Virus record (IMG/VR): IMGVR_UViG_3300009432_001268
Location: 12,192 to 76,191 of that record
Strand: one strand, 5' to 3'
DNA length: 64,000 bases
Origin: a virus
Both the position numbers and the translations under genes were made by a program. Under the pieces are notes generated by a model, which saw only the letters and a list, made by a program, of their open reading frames with translations, searched no databases and was not told where the DNA came from. Shown here piece after piece: positions 37,643-47,700 of the stretch (positions within the stretch are counted from its first letter, which is position 1; the number at the start of each line of letters is the position of its first letter).

Positions 37643-38421
37643 GCGATCTAGTTAATATTAAAATTCACGGAATTCTTGGCAAGCAACTCGGTAAAAGCGA
37701 GTGGAAGCTTAAAGTTCGAAGCGTCGGAGATGCCGTTCGAGGTATCCAGTGCAATTCAAAAAAGCTATACTCTCAACTTCTGGAAAACGACAAAAAGAAT
37801 ATTCGCTATAGGGTTCTCATTAACAACGAGGATTTTCTAACGGAAGAAGGGAAAGACCCCAATACCCCAGAAGGCTTCATGAATTCCGAACTGGTTAGAG
37901 ATTTTAATAATTTGAAAACCATAGATATAGTTCCCGTCTTGGAAGGTTCAGACAACTTTATGTCGATCTTTACTATCGTTATAGGAATAGCCTTGATAGC
38001 GACTGGAATAGGAGCAGCCGGAGGTTTTAGTGCTTTTATGTCCGGTGCAGGAAGCATGATGAACACAGCTATGGTCATGGGGGGCTTGGGGCTGGTAGCT
38101 GCAGGGGTCACCAACCTCCTCACCCCCATGCCTAAATTTGGAGACTTCCGAGAGATAGAACAAGGCGGAGCTCGATCATACCTGTTTAATGGCCCAGAGA
38201 ACACTATTCGTGAAGGAGGCCCCGTTTTCGTTGGGTACGGCAGGCTTCTTGTCGGAAGTCATGTTATACAGTCCTCTTCTGATGTCGTAGACACGGACGC
38301 AGAAGTAAAACCGAAAGACACGTGGGGAGAAACAAAGTATGGATTACTTTACAACCTACCAAACGCAGGAGGTCTCTTAAACGATCGCGAGAAAGAATGG
38401 AACAAAGAACCCGGAACCTAA
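37639..38421 (+). CDS. Tail assembly protein, lambda gpI-like
   Basis: IHGILG, IVPVLEGS, Gly-rich hydrophobic segment, SYLFNG, PVFVGYG, VGSHVI. Confidence 0.88.
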   Translation: MSDLVNIKIHGILGKQLGKSEWKLKVRSVGDAVRGIQCNSKKLYSQLLENDKKNIRYRVLINNEDFLTEEGKDPNTPEGFMNSELVRDFNNLKTIDIVPVLEGSDNFMSIFTIVIGIALIATGIGAAGGFSAFMSGAGSMMNTAMVMGGLGLVAAGVTNLLTPMPKFGDFREIEQGGARSYLFNGPENTIREGGPVFVGYGRLLVGSHVIQSSSDVVDTDAEVKPKDTWGETKYGLLYNLPNAGGLLNDREKEWNKEPGT

Positions 38422-38424
38422 ACC

Positions 38425-41400
38425 ATGGGAAGTAAGAAAAAACAAAAACAAGGTCGACCAAACGTAACAGACGTCTCAGCTGTAAAAAATGCAGCCGGAG
38501 AATATGTTGTCTCCCGGTCTTACGCTGAAGTAGTTGACCTGATTAGCGAAGGCGAAATAGAGGGAATTGTTAGTGGGTCTTATCATTACGAGGGGGACCA
38601 AGTTAAGGTGACTGCCGGTAACAACCCGACAGGATACATCGAAGCCAACTTCACACATTACACAGCCACAGGAATAAAGTCACCTACGGACGCGGGATAC
38701 GCAGATCAACTCAAAGAATTGGGATTCCTACGTTCGATTTATTGGAACAGCGTTCCTGTCGTAGACAAAGACGGGTATTATAACTTTGCAAGCGTCAACA
38801 TAGACTCTTCTGTTGGCCTCCCCGCTGGGCACAAACCTAACGTCAATACCCAGATGAACAATTACACGGGACTAACGGGTGAGGAAGTTCTCGATTTAAG
38901 TGTTTATAGGTCAATAGGGGAAAGATTGTATGGCGCGGAAATAGAAGGAGGAGACCTATCTCCTACCGATACTAAACGCGCCACCTTGAAAAGTGGGTCG
39001 ACAATAGATAAGTACTCAAAAACTTACTCAATCCTTAACAAAGAATGCTCCCGAATAGACTTAAGAATTAAAATAGCCGGACTGTTTGAGCAGGTTCAGG
39101 CAGGCCCCAAGACTTACGAAAAAAATAAACAATTAGCGGCATGCGCCGGAGCCTCTACTGGTTACGGAGACATGAAAGCTAGAACAGTAGCCTACAGTGT
39201 TTATTATCAACCTATCTTTGACGAAAGATTCGTAAGCCCATCAAGTCCTAGTGCTCAGAAAAACCAACAAGCTACAAACAAATGGCTCGGTCCCATAAGA
39301 GAGACCGTAACAGGGAAACTTGACTCACCATATATAAGGACGACCACTATCCCCCCATCGGGAAACTTTACAGAGTTTAACTATCAAGATTTGCCCGGTT
39401 TTGAGGGGTGGAGAATAAGAATAGTCCGAACAACCCCGGAGTCATTAACTTCCTTTTTGAGAAACACTACTTTCGTTGACTCCTTAACGGAAGTTTACGG
39501 AACCACTTTGCTTTATCCGTACTCGTCCATGATTTATTCGCAGTTTGATGCGCGATCTTTCTCACGTATTCCTTCACGAGCCTACGATGCCAAACTAATC
39601 AAGGTTAAGGTTCCGAATAATTATGACCCCATCTTAAAAACGTACGGTAAAAGCGACGCTACAACCCACAAAACACGCACAGGATCAACACTCTGGGATC
39701 TTTTCAACACTAAAACTGGGGAAACTTCAAATGATTCTTTCTGGGATGGCGAGTTTAAAAAAAGTTATTGGGTCTTTCCCGGAACGGTAGCTAGTCATGA
39801 AAAATTCAATATCCAAGGCAAATATTTTTTAGAATGGACGGACAACCCCGCTTGGTGTTTTTACGACATGCTTACCAACCCCCGTTACGGTTTGGGGGAA
39901 TACATTAAAGAAAAAGAAATTGATAAATGGGCTTTGTATGAAATAGCTCAGTACTGTGATGGTTTAGTTCCGGATAGTTATGGTTCTCTAGAACCCCGAT
40001 TTACCATTAACCACATTATCTCAAGTCGAGAAGAAGCCTATAAGGTAATGAACGACTTAGCTTCCATCTTTCGCGGAATGATCTTCTATGCAAATGGAAG
40101 TATCTTTGCTGTTCAGGACAAATTCAAAAAAGCTGTATACCAATTTAACAACTCCAACGTGGCAGACGGAAACTTTACTTACTCTTCTTCAGCAAAGAAA
40201 GCTCGTCACACTGTAGCGATAGTTAGATACAACGATAAAAGAGATCTATTCAAGCCCACTATAGAATATGTGGAAAACGAGGAAGCCGTAAGAAGGTACG
40301 GTATAAGAGAAATAGAAACAAGTGCTTTAGGATGCACTAGCAGAGGGCAGGCACGTCGATTTGCCCAATGGATCTTAGCAAGTGAAGCGGAAGAAACAGA
40401 AACGGTATCTTTTAGTGCCGGGCAAGAAGGGGCATATCTCCAACCGGGTGACGTTGTACAAATCTACGACAACTTCCGCAGTCCGTTGAAGTATAGTGGA
40501 AGAACAAACGCCGTCATACCCGGAGCCACAAGCACAAATGTTGTCACCGCGAACGAGATAACTCCTGCTTCGGGGAACAACTTCAATAGTATCATACTAG
40601 ATCAAGCTCTTAATTTTACCTCAGATAATCTTTATAAGTTCAGCCTTCTTACACCTACGTATAATTACGACGCGAATACAGACGGACTTAACACTACGGA
40701 CGAAAACGAAATAAGAAGAAGCCAAATTCAAAATTTGGTATTCAGCGGTGCACACGTTCGCAATGTTACAGGAAGTTATCGCTCTGACTACATGGAAGGT
40801 GGCAGCGGGGTGTGTACTCAAATATTCTTTAATACGGGGACTTATTTTGGAGGAATGGATAATAGTCTAAACTTTGATGACTATGTTGTTACTGGATACA
40901 CCAACACAGGAGTAAACACTAACAACTTATACAACACGTCTGAGAGCTATTCGGGAGGCTGTTTCTCTGGAGAAAACCTCGTTTGGAGTATAGAGCCAGA
41001 CGACTCCAACGATACTGAGTTCATCAGTGGAAATTTTTCTAACTACAGGATAATTAATGTTAAAGAGAGTGAAGAAAACACATACGAGGTTTCTGCGCTT
41101 GCTTACTCCACCGGCAAGTACAATAAGATTGAAGACTCGGTAAAACTTGAAGGAAAAAACGTTGACAAGTCACCTCTTTTCAACACAGGGCAACAAGACA
41201 CGGAGAACCCGATCCCTGCCGGGACTAAAACCTATGCCCTTCCAGTCGATAAAGACGGCGCTCTCTCAGTTATTCCCGGAACTGCATACTCAACAACCAC
41301 TGCCCAAAGCAATTATACAACCATAGATATTAAATTTGACCAAGCTGGGTACGCAAGAGATGAGTCCGATGACTTGAAATTAATAGACGAAAAGGCAAAC

Positions 41401-43878
41401 AACGAGCTTCAATACATAATATGCTCACTACCAACTGACCCAGCAAGTGTTGGGGACACCGCTAAAGCCGTAACCGTTGATTCACAAACATACAGGACAG
41501 ACTACCAACCTTACGTTGTGGAGATGATAAACGGAGAACGCAGCAAAAACCCACGCTTTGAGAACGATAAATTCCACAGCGAAGTGCTAATAGGAGAGAA
41601 TCTTACTGACAGTAATAAAAATCGATGGATAGCCCTATTTGCCATGAGCCCACAAGGAGTCCTATCTCAGGCATTTATTAAAAAAATATCGTTAAGTACA
41701 GAAGGCCAGAATATATTCAGTTCAGTAAACAGTATATTAATTAATAACTTAAAAACAGAAGGAAGCGACGGGGATCCGAGATTTACTCCATCCCCAACTA
41801 TTCCCACGGCTGGAACACTAACTCCGTTAGCCATCGAAGCATCCCAACCCGGATTCACATGGGACGCAAGCATAAAGGGAATTCTGAGCGCAGCACCAGA
41901 TAGTGAGGACCCCAGTTACCCACTACCCATTCCCGAAGACTCTACGGAATACAGGATAACAATAAGAAAACCAGCAACAAGCAATGAACCAAACAAGCCT
42001 AACGATATAGTTTACGTAGAGATAACCGGTTATAACACCACATCAGAAAGTCCTAATTTTGTTTTTAATGAAATTTACAACAACCCTACTCTTATTAGTG
42101 GCCAAGCGACTAATGGTACAACAAAAACCGGATACAGGTATGACCCGGAAGTAATAGGATGGAAAGATGGAGCACCAATAGATAACTGGGCAGGCAAAGA
42201 CAACAATCAAAAAGATGCATCAGAAGCACAATGGCTGACTGTCCACGGGAGCGGTTTTAACATAAGCAATGACATAAACAATTTTCCCGTAAGAAATTAC
42301 GATATAGTAATTGAAGCACAAGATAGCCAAGGCAACACCAGCGCTGGTAATAAAGTATTTCAAAATACTCGATTAAAAGGAGCCACAGAAAACGGGGATG
42401 TTAAAGGTGGAGAGCCCGGTTTTGATAGCGTCAATATAAACAAATCCTACGACATCCTAGGGGTTTCCTTGGCTGCTCCCCAGTCCGTGTTCTACACCCA
42501 AATAACAGGGTCAGACTCTAACTGGAACAAACAAACACGGTACCTTACTCCAGAGACGGCATTTGACAACGATATGCCTTACCTAGCCAAAGCGCATATT
42601 TACCCCGATGGTTGGCTTCAAACCACCATGCTTTTATCAGAGAGGGACGGGACCATTGTTAAAGACCCTCCAAACGTTGGCGTCGTTCAGGACGCGGAAG
42701 AAATAGGAAAAAAATTCACTAACGCAAAGGGAATGGTTTACTATTATACAACAGGAAACCACGAGATAGAATACATAGATACGAAGGAAGAGGGCGTCAC
42801 AGTTAAAACCACCCCACAGCTAACAAACAGCGCTCCGGCATTTAGCCTAAACATAACTACCGATACTCTAAGTAGTCCAAATAACGCAGGAACAGAACAA
42901 CCACTGCAAGTAAGTAACACCGAGCACATAGCCTTTGGAGGGATTGTGAACGCCGCACAGGAAAGCAACAAAAAAGGAGATAGCCTAGTAGCAGGAAATG
43001 TTCACAGAGGGTTTTATCTTTTCTCTGATAGTGACTCCTTGGAAGCTTTACGAATTCCTTTTCCCAAAATCAGTGACCCCCGAGTATCTAACATTCAACT
43101 CTCCTATGCACTCTTTGATGAATACCATTTGTTGAGTGCCTTCGAATCGGATGGTTCGACCCCTAAAACTGAAGCAAGATCACCTATTAGCCCGATTAAC
43201 GCGCCAAACGTTCAAAAGATATTCACGGAAAAAAATATGAATTTTTCCAAAGCTACAACCCCGATGGTTGACAACAATCTAGTAAAAACAAAAAATGGGG
43301 CTACCGCCATATTCGGAAAACGTGCGATAGGCGTTTCACAAAGTATTTATTTATCCGAATCTAGCGTACAAAGCGCCGGTGACGCAGCCTTAGGCTTTAG
43401 AGCTTGGGGATCGATAAATATTATACGAGGCGGAAAACTAAACGACTTAGGAAGCGGCTTAGGAGACCTTACACAAAGAATACTCGGCACAGAGTGGCCT
43501 AATGGACGACAACCGATGGTTTTAAAAACGTTTACGCCCTCTGATGTAGTATCTATTACCGCTGAGTATGCAGGCGGAGGCTTGCTTAGGATTATTGTGA
43601 ACTTAAGAGTTCCCCAAGCAATAGATAAGTCGAAAATAGCCGTTATAGCTAATGGATATTACCCTAAAGAAGGGGTTACGTGCACAGTAGATGTTGATAC
43701 GCATTCCAAGTCAGATGAAATACAACTTACATATAAGTTCGTCCGTACCAAAGAGAACGTTAAATCATCCACGTCAGTTACTAAATACTGGCCAGAAGTG
43801 TTAACCGCACCGTCAGGACATCAAGACGCTTTACAGGCGTTTAACCTTTTCTTTGGCATTCTCGCTACAAACGAATAG
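38425..43878 (+). CDS. Tail tip / host-specificity protein, lambda gpJ-like
   Basis: DLISEGEIEG, VPNNYDP, WDGEFK, WTDNPAWCFYD, RYGLG, IAQYCD, EPRFT, GCTSRGQARR, PGDVV. Confidence 0.93.
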   Translation: MGSKKKQKQGRPNVTDVSAVKNAAGEYVVSRSYAEVVDLISEGEIEGIVSGSYHYEGDQVKVTAGNNPTGYIEANFTHYTATGIKSPTDAGYADQLKELGFLRSIYWNSVPVVDKDGYYNFASVNIDSSVGLPAGHKPNVNTQMNNYTGLTGEEVLDLSVYRSIGERLYGAEIEGGDLSPTDTKRATLKSGSTIDKYSKTYSILNKECSRIDLRIKIAGLFEQVQAGPKTYEKNKQLAACAGASTGYGDMKARTVAYSVYYQPIFDERFVSPSSPSAQKNQQATNKWLGPIRETVTGKLDSPYIRTTTIPPSGNFTEFNYQDLPGFEGWRIRIVRTTPESLTSFLRNTTFVDSLTEVYGTTLLYPYSSMIYSQFDARSFSRIPSRAYDAKLIKVKVPNNYDPILKTYGKSDATTHKTRTGSTLWDLFNTKTGETSNDSFWDGEFKKSYWVFPGTVASHEKFNIQGKYFLEWTDNPAWCFYDMLTNPRYGLGEYIKEKEIDKWALYEIAQYCDGLVPDSYGSLEPRFTINHIISSREEAYKVMNDLASIFRGMIFYANGSIFAVQDKFKKAVYQFNNSNVADGNFTYSSSAKKARHTVAIVRYNDKRDLFKPTIEYVENEEAVRRYGIREIETSALGCTSRGQARRFAQWILASEAEETETVSFSAGQEGAYLQPGDVVQIYDNFRSPLKYSGRTNAVIPGATSTNVVTANEITPASGNNFNSIILDQALNFTSDNLYKFSLLTPTYNYDANTDGLNTTDENEIRRSQIQNLVFSGAHVRNVTGSYRSDYMEGGSGVCTQIFFNTGTYFGGMDNSLNFDDYVVTGYTNTGVNTNNLYNTSESYSGGCFSGENLVWSIEPDDSNDTEFISGNFSNYRIINVKESEENTYEVSALAYSTGKYNKIEDSVKLEGKNVDKSPLFNTGQQDTENPIPAGTKTYALPVDKDGALSVIPGTAYSTTTAQSNYTTIDIKFDQAGYARDESDDLKLIDEKANNELQYIICSLPTDPASVGDTAKAVTVDSQTYRTDYQPYVVEMINGERSKNPRFENDKFHSEVLIGENLTDSNKNRWIALFAMSPQGVLSQAFIKKISLSTEGQNIFSSVNSILINNLKTEGSDGDPRFTPSPTIPTAGTLTPLAIEASQPGFTWDASIKGILSAAPDSEDPSYPLPIPEDSTEYRITIRKPATSNEPNKPNDIVYVEITGYNTTSESPNFVFNEIYNNPTLISGQATNGTTKTGYRYDPEVIGWKDGAPIDNWAGKDNNQKDASEAQWLTVHGSGFNISNDINNFPVRNYDIVIEAQDSQGNTSAGNKVFQNTRLKGATENGDVKGGEPGFDSVNINKSYDILGVSLAAPQSVFYTQITGSDSNWNKQTRYLTPETAFDNDMPYLAKAHIYPDGWLQTTMLLSERDGTIVKDPPNVGVVQDAEEIGKKFTNAKGMVYYYTTGNHEIEYIDTKEEGVTVKTTPQLTNSAPAFSLNITTDTLSSPNNAGTEQPLQVSNTEHIAFGGIVNAAQESNKKGDSLVAGNVHRGFYLFSDSDSLEALRIPFPKISDPRVSNIQLSYALFDEYHLLSAFESDGSTPKTEARSPISPINAPNVQKIFTEKNMNFSKATTPMVDNNLVKTKNGATAIFGKRAIGVSQSIYLSESSVQSAGDAALGFRAWGSINIIRGGKLNDLGSGLGDLTQRILGTEWPNGRQPMVLKTFTPSDVVSITAEYAGGGLLRIIVNLRVPQAIDKSKIAVIANGYYPKEGVTCTVDVDTHSKSDEIQLTYKFVRTKENVKSSTSVTKYWPEVLTAPSGHQDALQAFNLFFGILATNE

Positions 43879-43886
43879 AATAAGAC

Positions 43887-44756
43887 ATGAAGCCCGAAAT
43901 ATTTGAGGCGTCCGTTGAAAAAGGAAGCAATAAATTATTTGTTATTTCCCATCGACAAGTGGGCGTAAGAAACGGAGCTTTCATTAAATTGGGTGTAAAC
44001 GATATCTTTTACCGCGCCGAAAACTCAGAGACAATAAACCTAAGAAGGAAGTTCACGGCGGAAGATAAAGTCCTCACTATCAAAGGGAACTACAACTATA
44101 AGTTAACCTCTGGAGACTCACTAAATATAAAATATGAGGAGTACGAAGCTGTATCGGTTTCAGCTATAGAACCTCATTCAGGGAAATATTCAGTGGGGCA
44201 GAAGATATATGCGCAGGGAGGAACAACGTCCAGCTCTGCCGAAAATGTAACCGGCGAATACACAGAGCTAGAAGTGGAAAAAATTAATGATGAAGGACAA
44301 ATTCTTTCCCTCTCAATTTCAAAACCGGGTAAGTACATAACTCCCCCCGAAAGCCCTGTGGAAATAATGAACGAGGAAGGCAAGATAACTAAAGCTACAA
44401 TAGAATTTGATTATTCCTCTGAATCTTCGGCGATTGAAAGGGGCCTTACTTTCGTAGAGGGAGAATCCACCACGACAAGACTGGGAATAGCTTACCCACT
44501 TCCCTCGGCAATCAAAGAGGGAGAATTTACCTTATCTAAACAGATTATCTATCTAGATAAAGCTTACGCAGGTGAATCTTTAGATGGAGATACGTGTCAG
44601 ATAACCTTTGATTATTCTCCTGTTAATGGAATACCCCTACTTCCGCCGAATAGTATAGACCCCCAATCCACTTACAACGAAGCCGTGAAGATAATTGATC
44701 AGAAATTTCTTGAGTTCGAAAAGAGAATTAAAAATCTAGAGAATAGAAACTATTAA
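43887..44756 (+). CDS. Hypothetical tail-associated protein
   Basis: 289 aa, directly after gpJ; C-terminal coiled coil RIKNLEN. Confidence 0.6.
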   Translation: MKPEIFEASVEKGSNKLFVISHRQVGVRNGAFIKLGVNDIFYRAENSETINLRRKFTAEDKVLTIKGNYNYKLTSGDSLNIKYEEYEAVSVSAIEPHSGKYSVGQKIYAQGGTTSSSAENVTGEYTELEVEKINDEGQILSLSISKPGKYITPPESPVEIMNEEGKITKATIEFDYSSESSAIERGLTFVEGESTTTRLGIAYPLPSAIKEGEFTLSKQIIYLDKAYAGESLDGDTCQITFDYSPVNGIPLLPPNSIDPQSTYNEAVKIIDQKFLEFEKRIKNLENRNY

Positions 44757-47700
44757 GAATTTGCTTGCAACAATCCTCCGGGTCTTTGTTGTTTCACTAT
44801 CTCATCAAGAACAACTCCCTGCAGAATCTTTCCAAACTCCTTGCTCTGATTAGCCTGTTCATTTTCTTCTCTTTCTCCTCCGCCTCCACTTCCCGTATCG
44901 GCGCTTGCATCCGCTTTACCAGTCTTGTCAATGTTAACACTAATCTTAACGTTGTTTGTGGTGTTACCGCCAATCGAAGTTTCGCTGTGAGGTCCTTGGT
45001 TACCAGCCGAAGCTCCACCCACTGGACCTCCGCTTGCGTAGCTTGGGACATTACCCCTGTTTAATTCGTGCATGAAGTTCGCACCATGCGTACGAACAGT
45101 TTCGGGGCTCATTATATACTCTCCACCCATCACCATCGCAGGGCTACCACTTGCGCTGCCTCCGTTTGCGTAATGCTGGTAGCCGCCCAAAGCGCCTCCG
45201 GGAGGACCTTTATGAATAACATGATCTAAAGAAACAGGACGATTATAACCACTATCAGCACCAATTCCCGCTCCCATTCCTCTTAACATATCGGCACTTC
45301 CCGGTGTCGAAATAACCGAATTGTTGTAATTGCTGTTCCAAGTTCCAGACATCAAGCTAGAACCGGTTCCCGTTCCGTACCCTTTGTTGCCGAACCCCAT
45401 ATCCTTCAACCCATAAGCTTGCCCGCCACTACCTTCAAAAGAACTATACGTTTGGCCTCCGGGACCCGCCACGTCCGGACCCGGAGCTTTCGGACCAAAA
45501 AGCTTAGCACCACCAATCATCATGGCGGCATTCATGTAGGCACCAACTAACCTTTGCTTCTTTTGCTTCTTAACTGCATCAATTTGAGCCTTACGGCTTG
45601 CAGTCTCGGTCGCTAAGTAATCTTGATATTTAGCCATTGATTGCTCTTTACCAAACATCCTACCAGTTTGGGGATCATCCTCACCTAACCTACCCATTAA
45701 TGAAAGCCCACTACTCACCTCAAAACGTCCTTCCGTAGGCCTTGATCTTTCGCTAATCAATCTTCCTGTTTCCGGATCACGACGATAATAAGAAAACCCC
45801 TTTCCAAGAGAAACCCCTGCTCTTCCGCCGCCACCGGTAACCATGTCTCCTTGTCCCGCGTCTGGATCAGCCCCGCCAAAGAAGCCGTGTTTGCCCCTGC
45901 CCAAACCATAATCTCGCGAAGGTAAAGGTTTCGGAGCTCCGGGCTGCATAGCCGACCCTATAACACCGGATAGAGCACTCGCGCCCATTGCAACCATACC
46001 CATTGTCCCCATGCTTGGCCCACCTCCTTTGGCTGGACCTCCCTCCGCGTAACCATTTATAGCATTTAATTTTCCATACCCAATTTTTTGCGCTGAAGAT
46101 TTTTTAATTACAAATTCGCCGCCCTGCATCATTGTTGGGACGTCATCTTTGTACCCAGAACCTCCCGTAACAACACCGCCCGCTGCATAACCGGGGACAG
46201 CACCTCCCTGCGAAAACATCTTGCTAAACATCATGTTTGAAAACATGTTTGCGGATATACTCGATATAGAATTAAGAATACTTTGAGCCATGTTAGCCAA
46301 GGCTCCCTCAACACTATTCGCCCCACTCGCCATAGACTGAAATGCATCGGCGAAAGATGACTTCATATTTTTAGCAACATCTTTTACTCCACTATCAAAC
46401 TCAAGTAACGCGTCGTTTTCTCCGTAAGCGAAGGATTCCCCGAAAGAAGCGGCAGGATTTAACGTCCCCGTTCCAGCACGAAAAGCTTTCATTCGGGCGT
46501 CTTGTTTAGCTGAAGCGATTTCCTGTTCGGTCACTCCAAAACGTTGCCCTGCGTAACCGGGGGCACGACCTTGTTGCATCGCCCTAAGCCCGGCGGGAAC
46601 ATTTGCAGCTGTTTCCGCTGCATTAATAAGTATACCTGCTCTTTTTCTATACTGAAATTGTTGGGCTGCGTTGTATAAATCGTTTAAAGATTTGGTACTT
46701 TTCGTTAGGTTTTCGGTGTTTGCTTTTTGGGCAGCGTTAGCCTCTGTGATCTTGATCCCACTTTTACTCCTAGCGTCAGCTTCACCGTCTATTGAGGTTT
46801 TCAGGTAGGCCAATAACAACTTGTCTTGAGCGCTTATGTTGTCACTTGTCTCCAAATCCGTTCTGGTTTTTTGCGCCAACCTAGGGTCATCTTGCACGGC
46901 CTTGAGGCGAGCTTTAATACCCTCTCTCTCCGGAGTCCCTATATCATCAGCTTTAATGAGGTTGTCCATGAAGGTCTTTTCAGCCTTCGCCGTTAAGAGC
47001 ACCAGAGCTTCCTTTTGCTGCAGGTTCACCTTGTCTATCGCTAAACCCTTTTCTTTTAAGATCCTATCTTGCTCTAAGAGAGCTTTGGACTTAATCAACT
47101 CTTTCCCAAACTCGGTAGCCCCGATCATTGTTTGAGCTAATCTATTTTCTAAATTCTCTGATGCCCCTCGACGAGTTAAGTCTCCCATTCCCGTAGTAAG
47201 CCTAGCCGCTGATGCCCTACCTTCGGCGGCAGCTCGCTGACTTCCCCTAAAGGATCCCTCTTGAGACAGGCGAAGCTTTCGCTTCGCTTCAAGTGGGTCC
47301 TCTTGGGGTCCAATGACTGCTTTCTCATACGACTCCAGAAGGTCAGGATTCAAAGACCCTGCCCCCTCGAACTGATTGCGCATGACAAATTCTCTCCCCT
47401 TATTTTGTGCGTCGGTAGTTCCTTCTCCCCCCGGACCGAATTTTTCCCCAAAAGCTTTACCCAAAGGCGCGTACCCAGAGTCCTGAAGTAAACCCGACAT
47501 AGCCATGGCCTTCTCATTGTCTGGTAGTTGTTGGATTAATCTAACACGCTCTACCCCCGTCATTTTTTGAAGATATTTGCCCCTTACTTGAGTCGTGGTT
47601 TTAGTAAGAACATCCGCCATAATAGTGGGATCTATCAGGCCTCTAGTAAATGTTTGTGCGGCGTCTCTGGTTTTTGGGTCATCTTTAACGACGCTCATCA

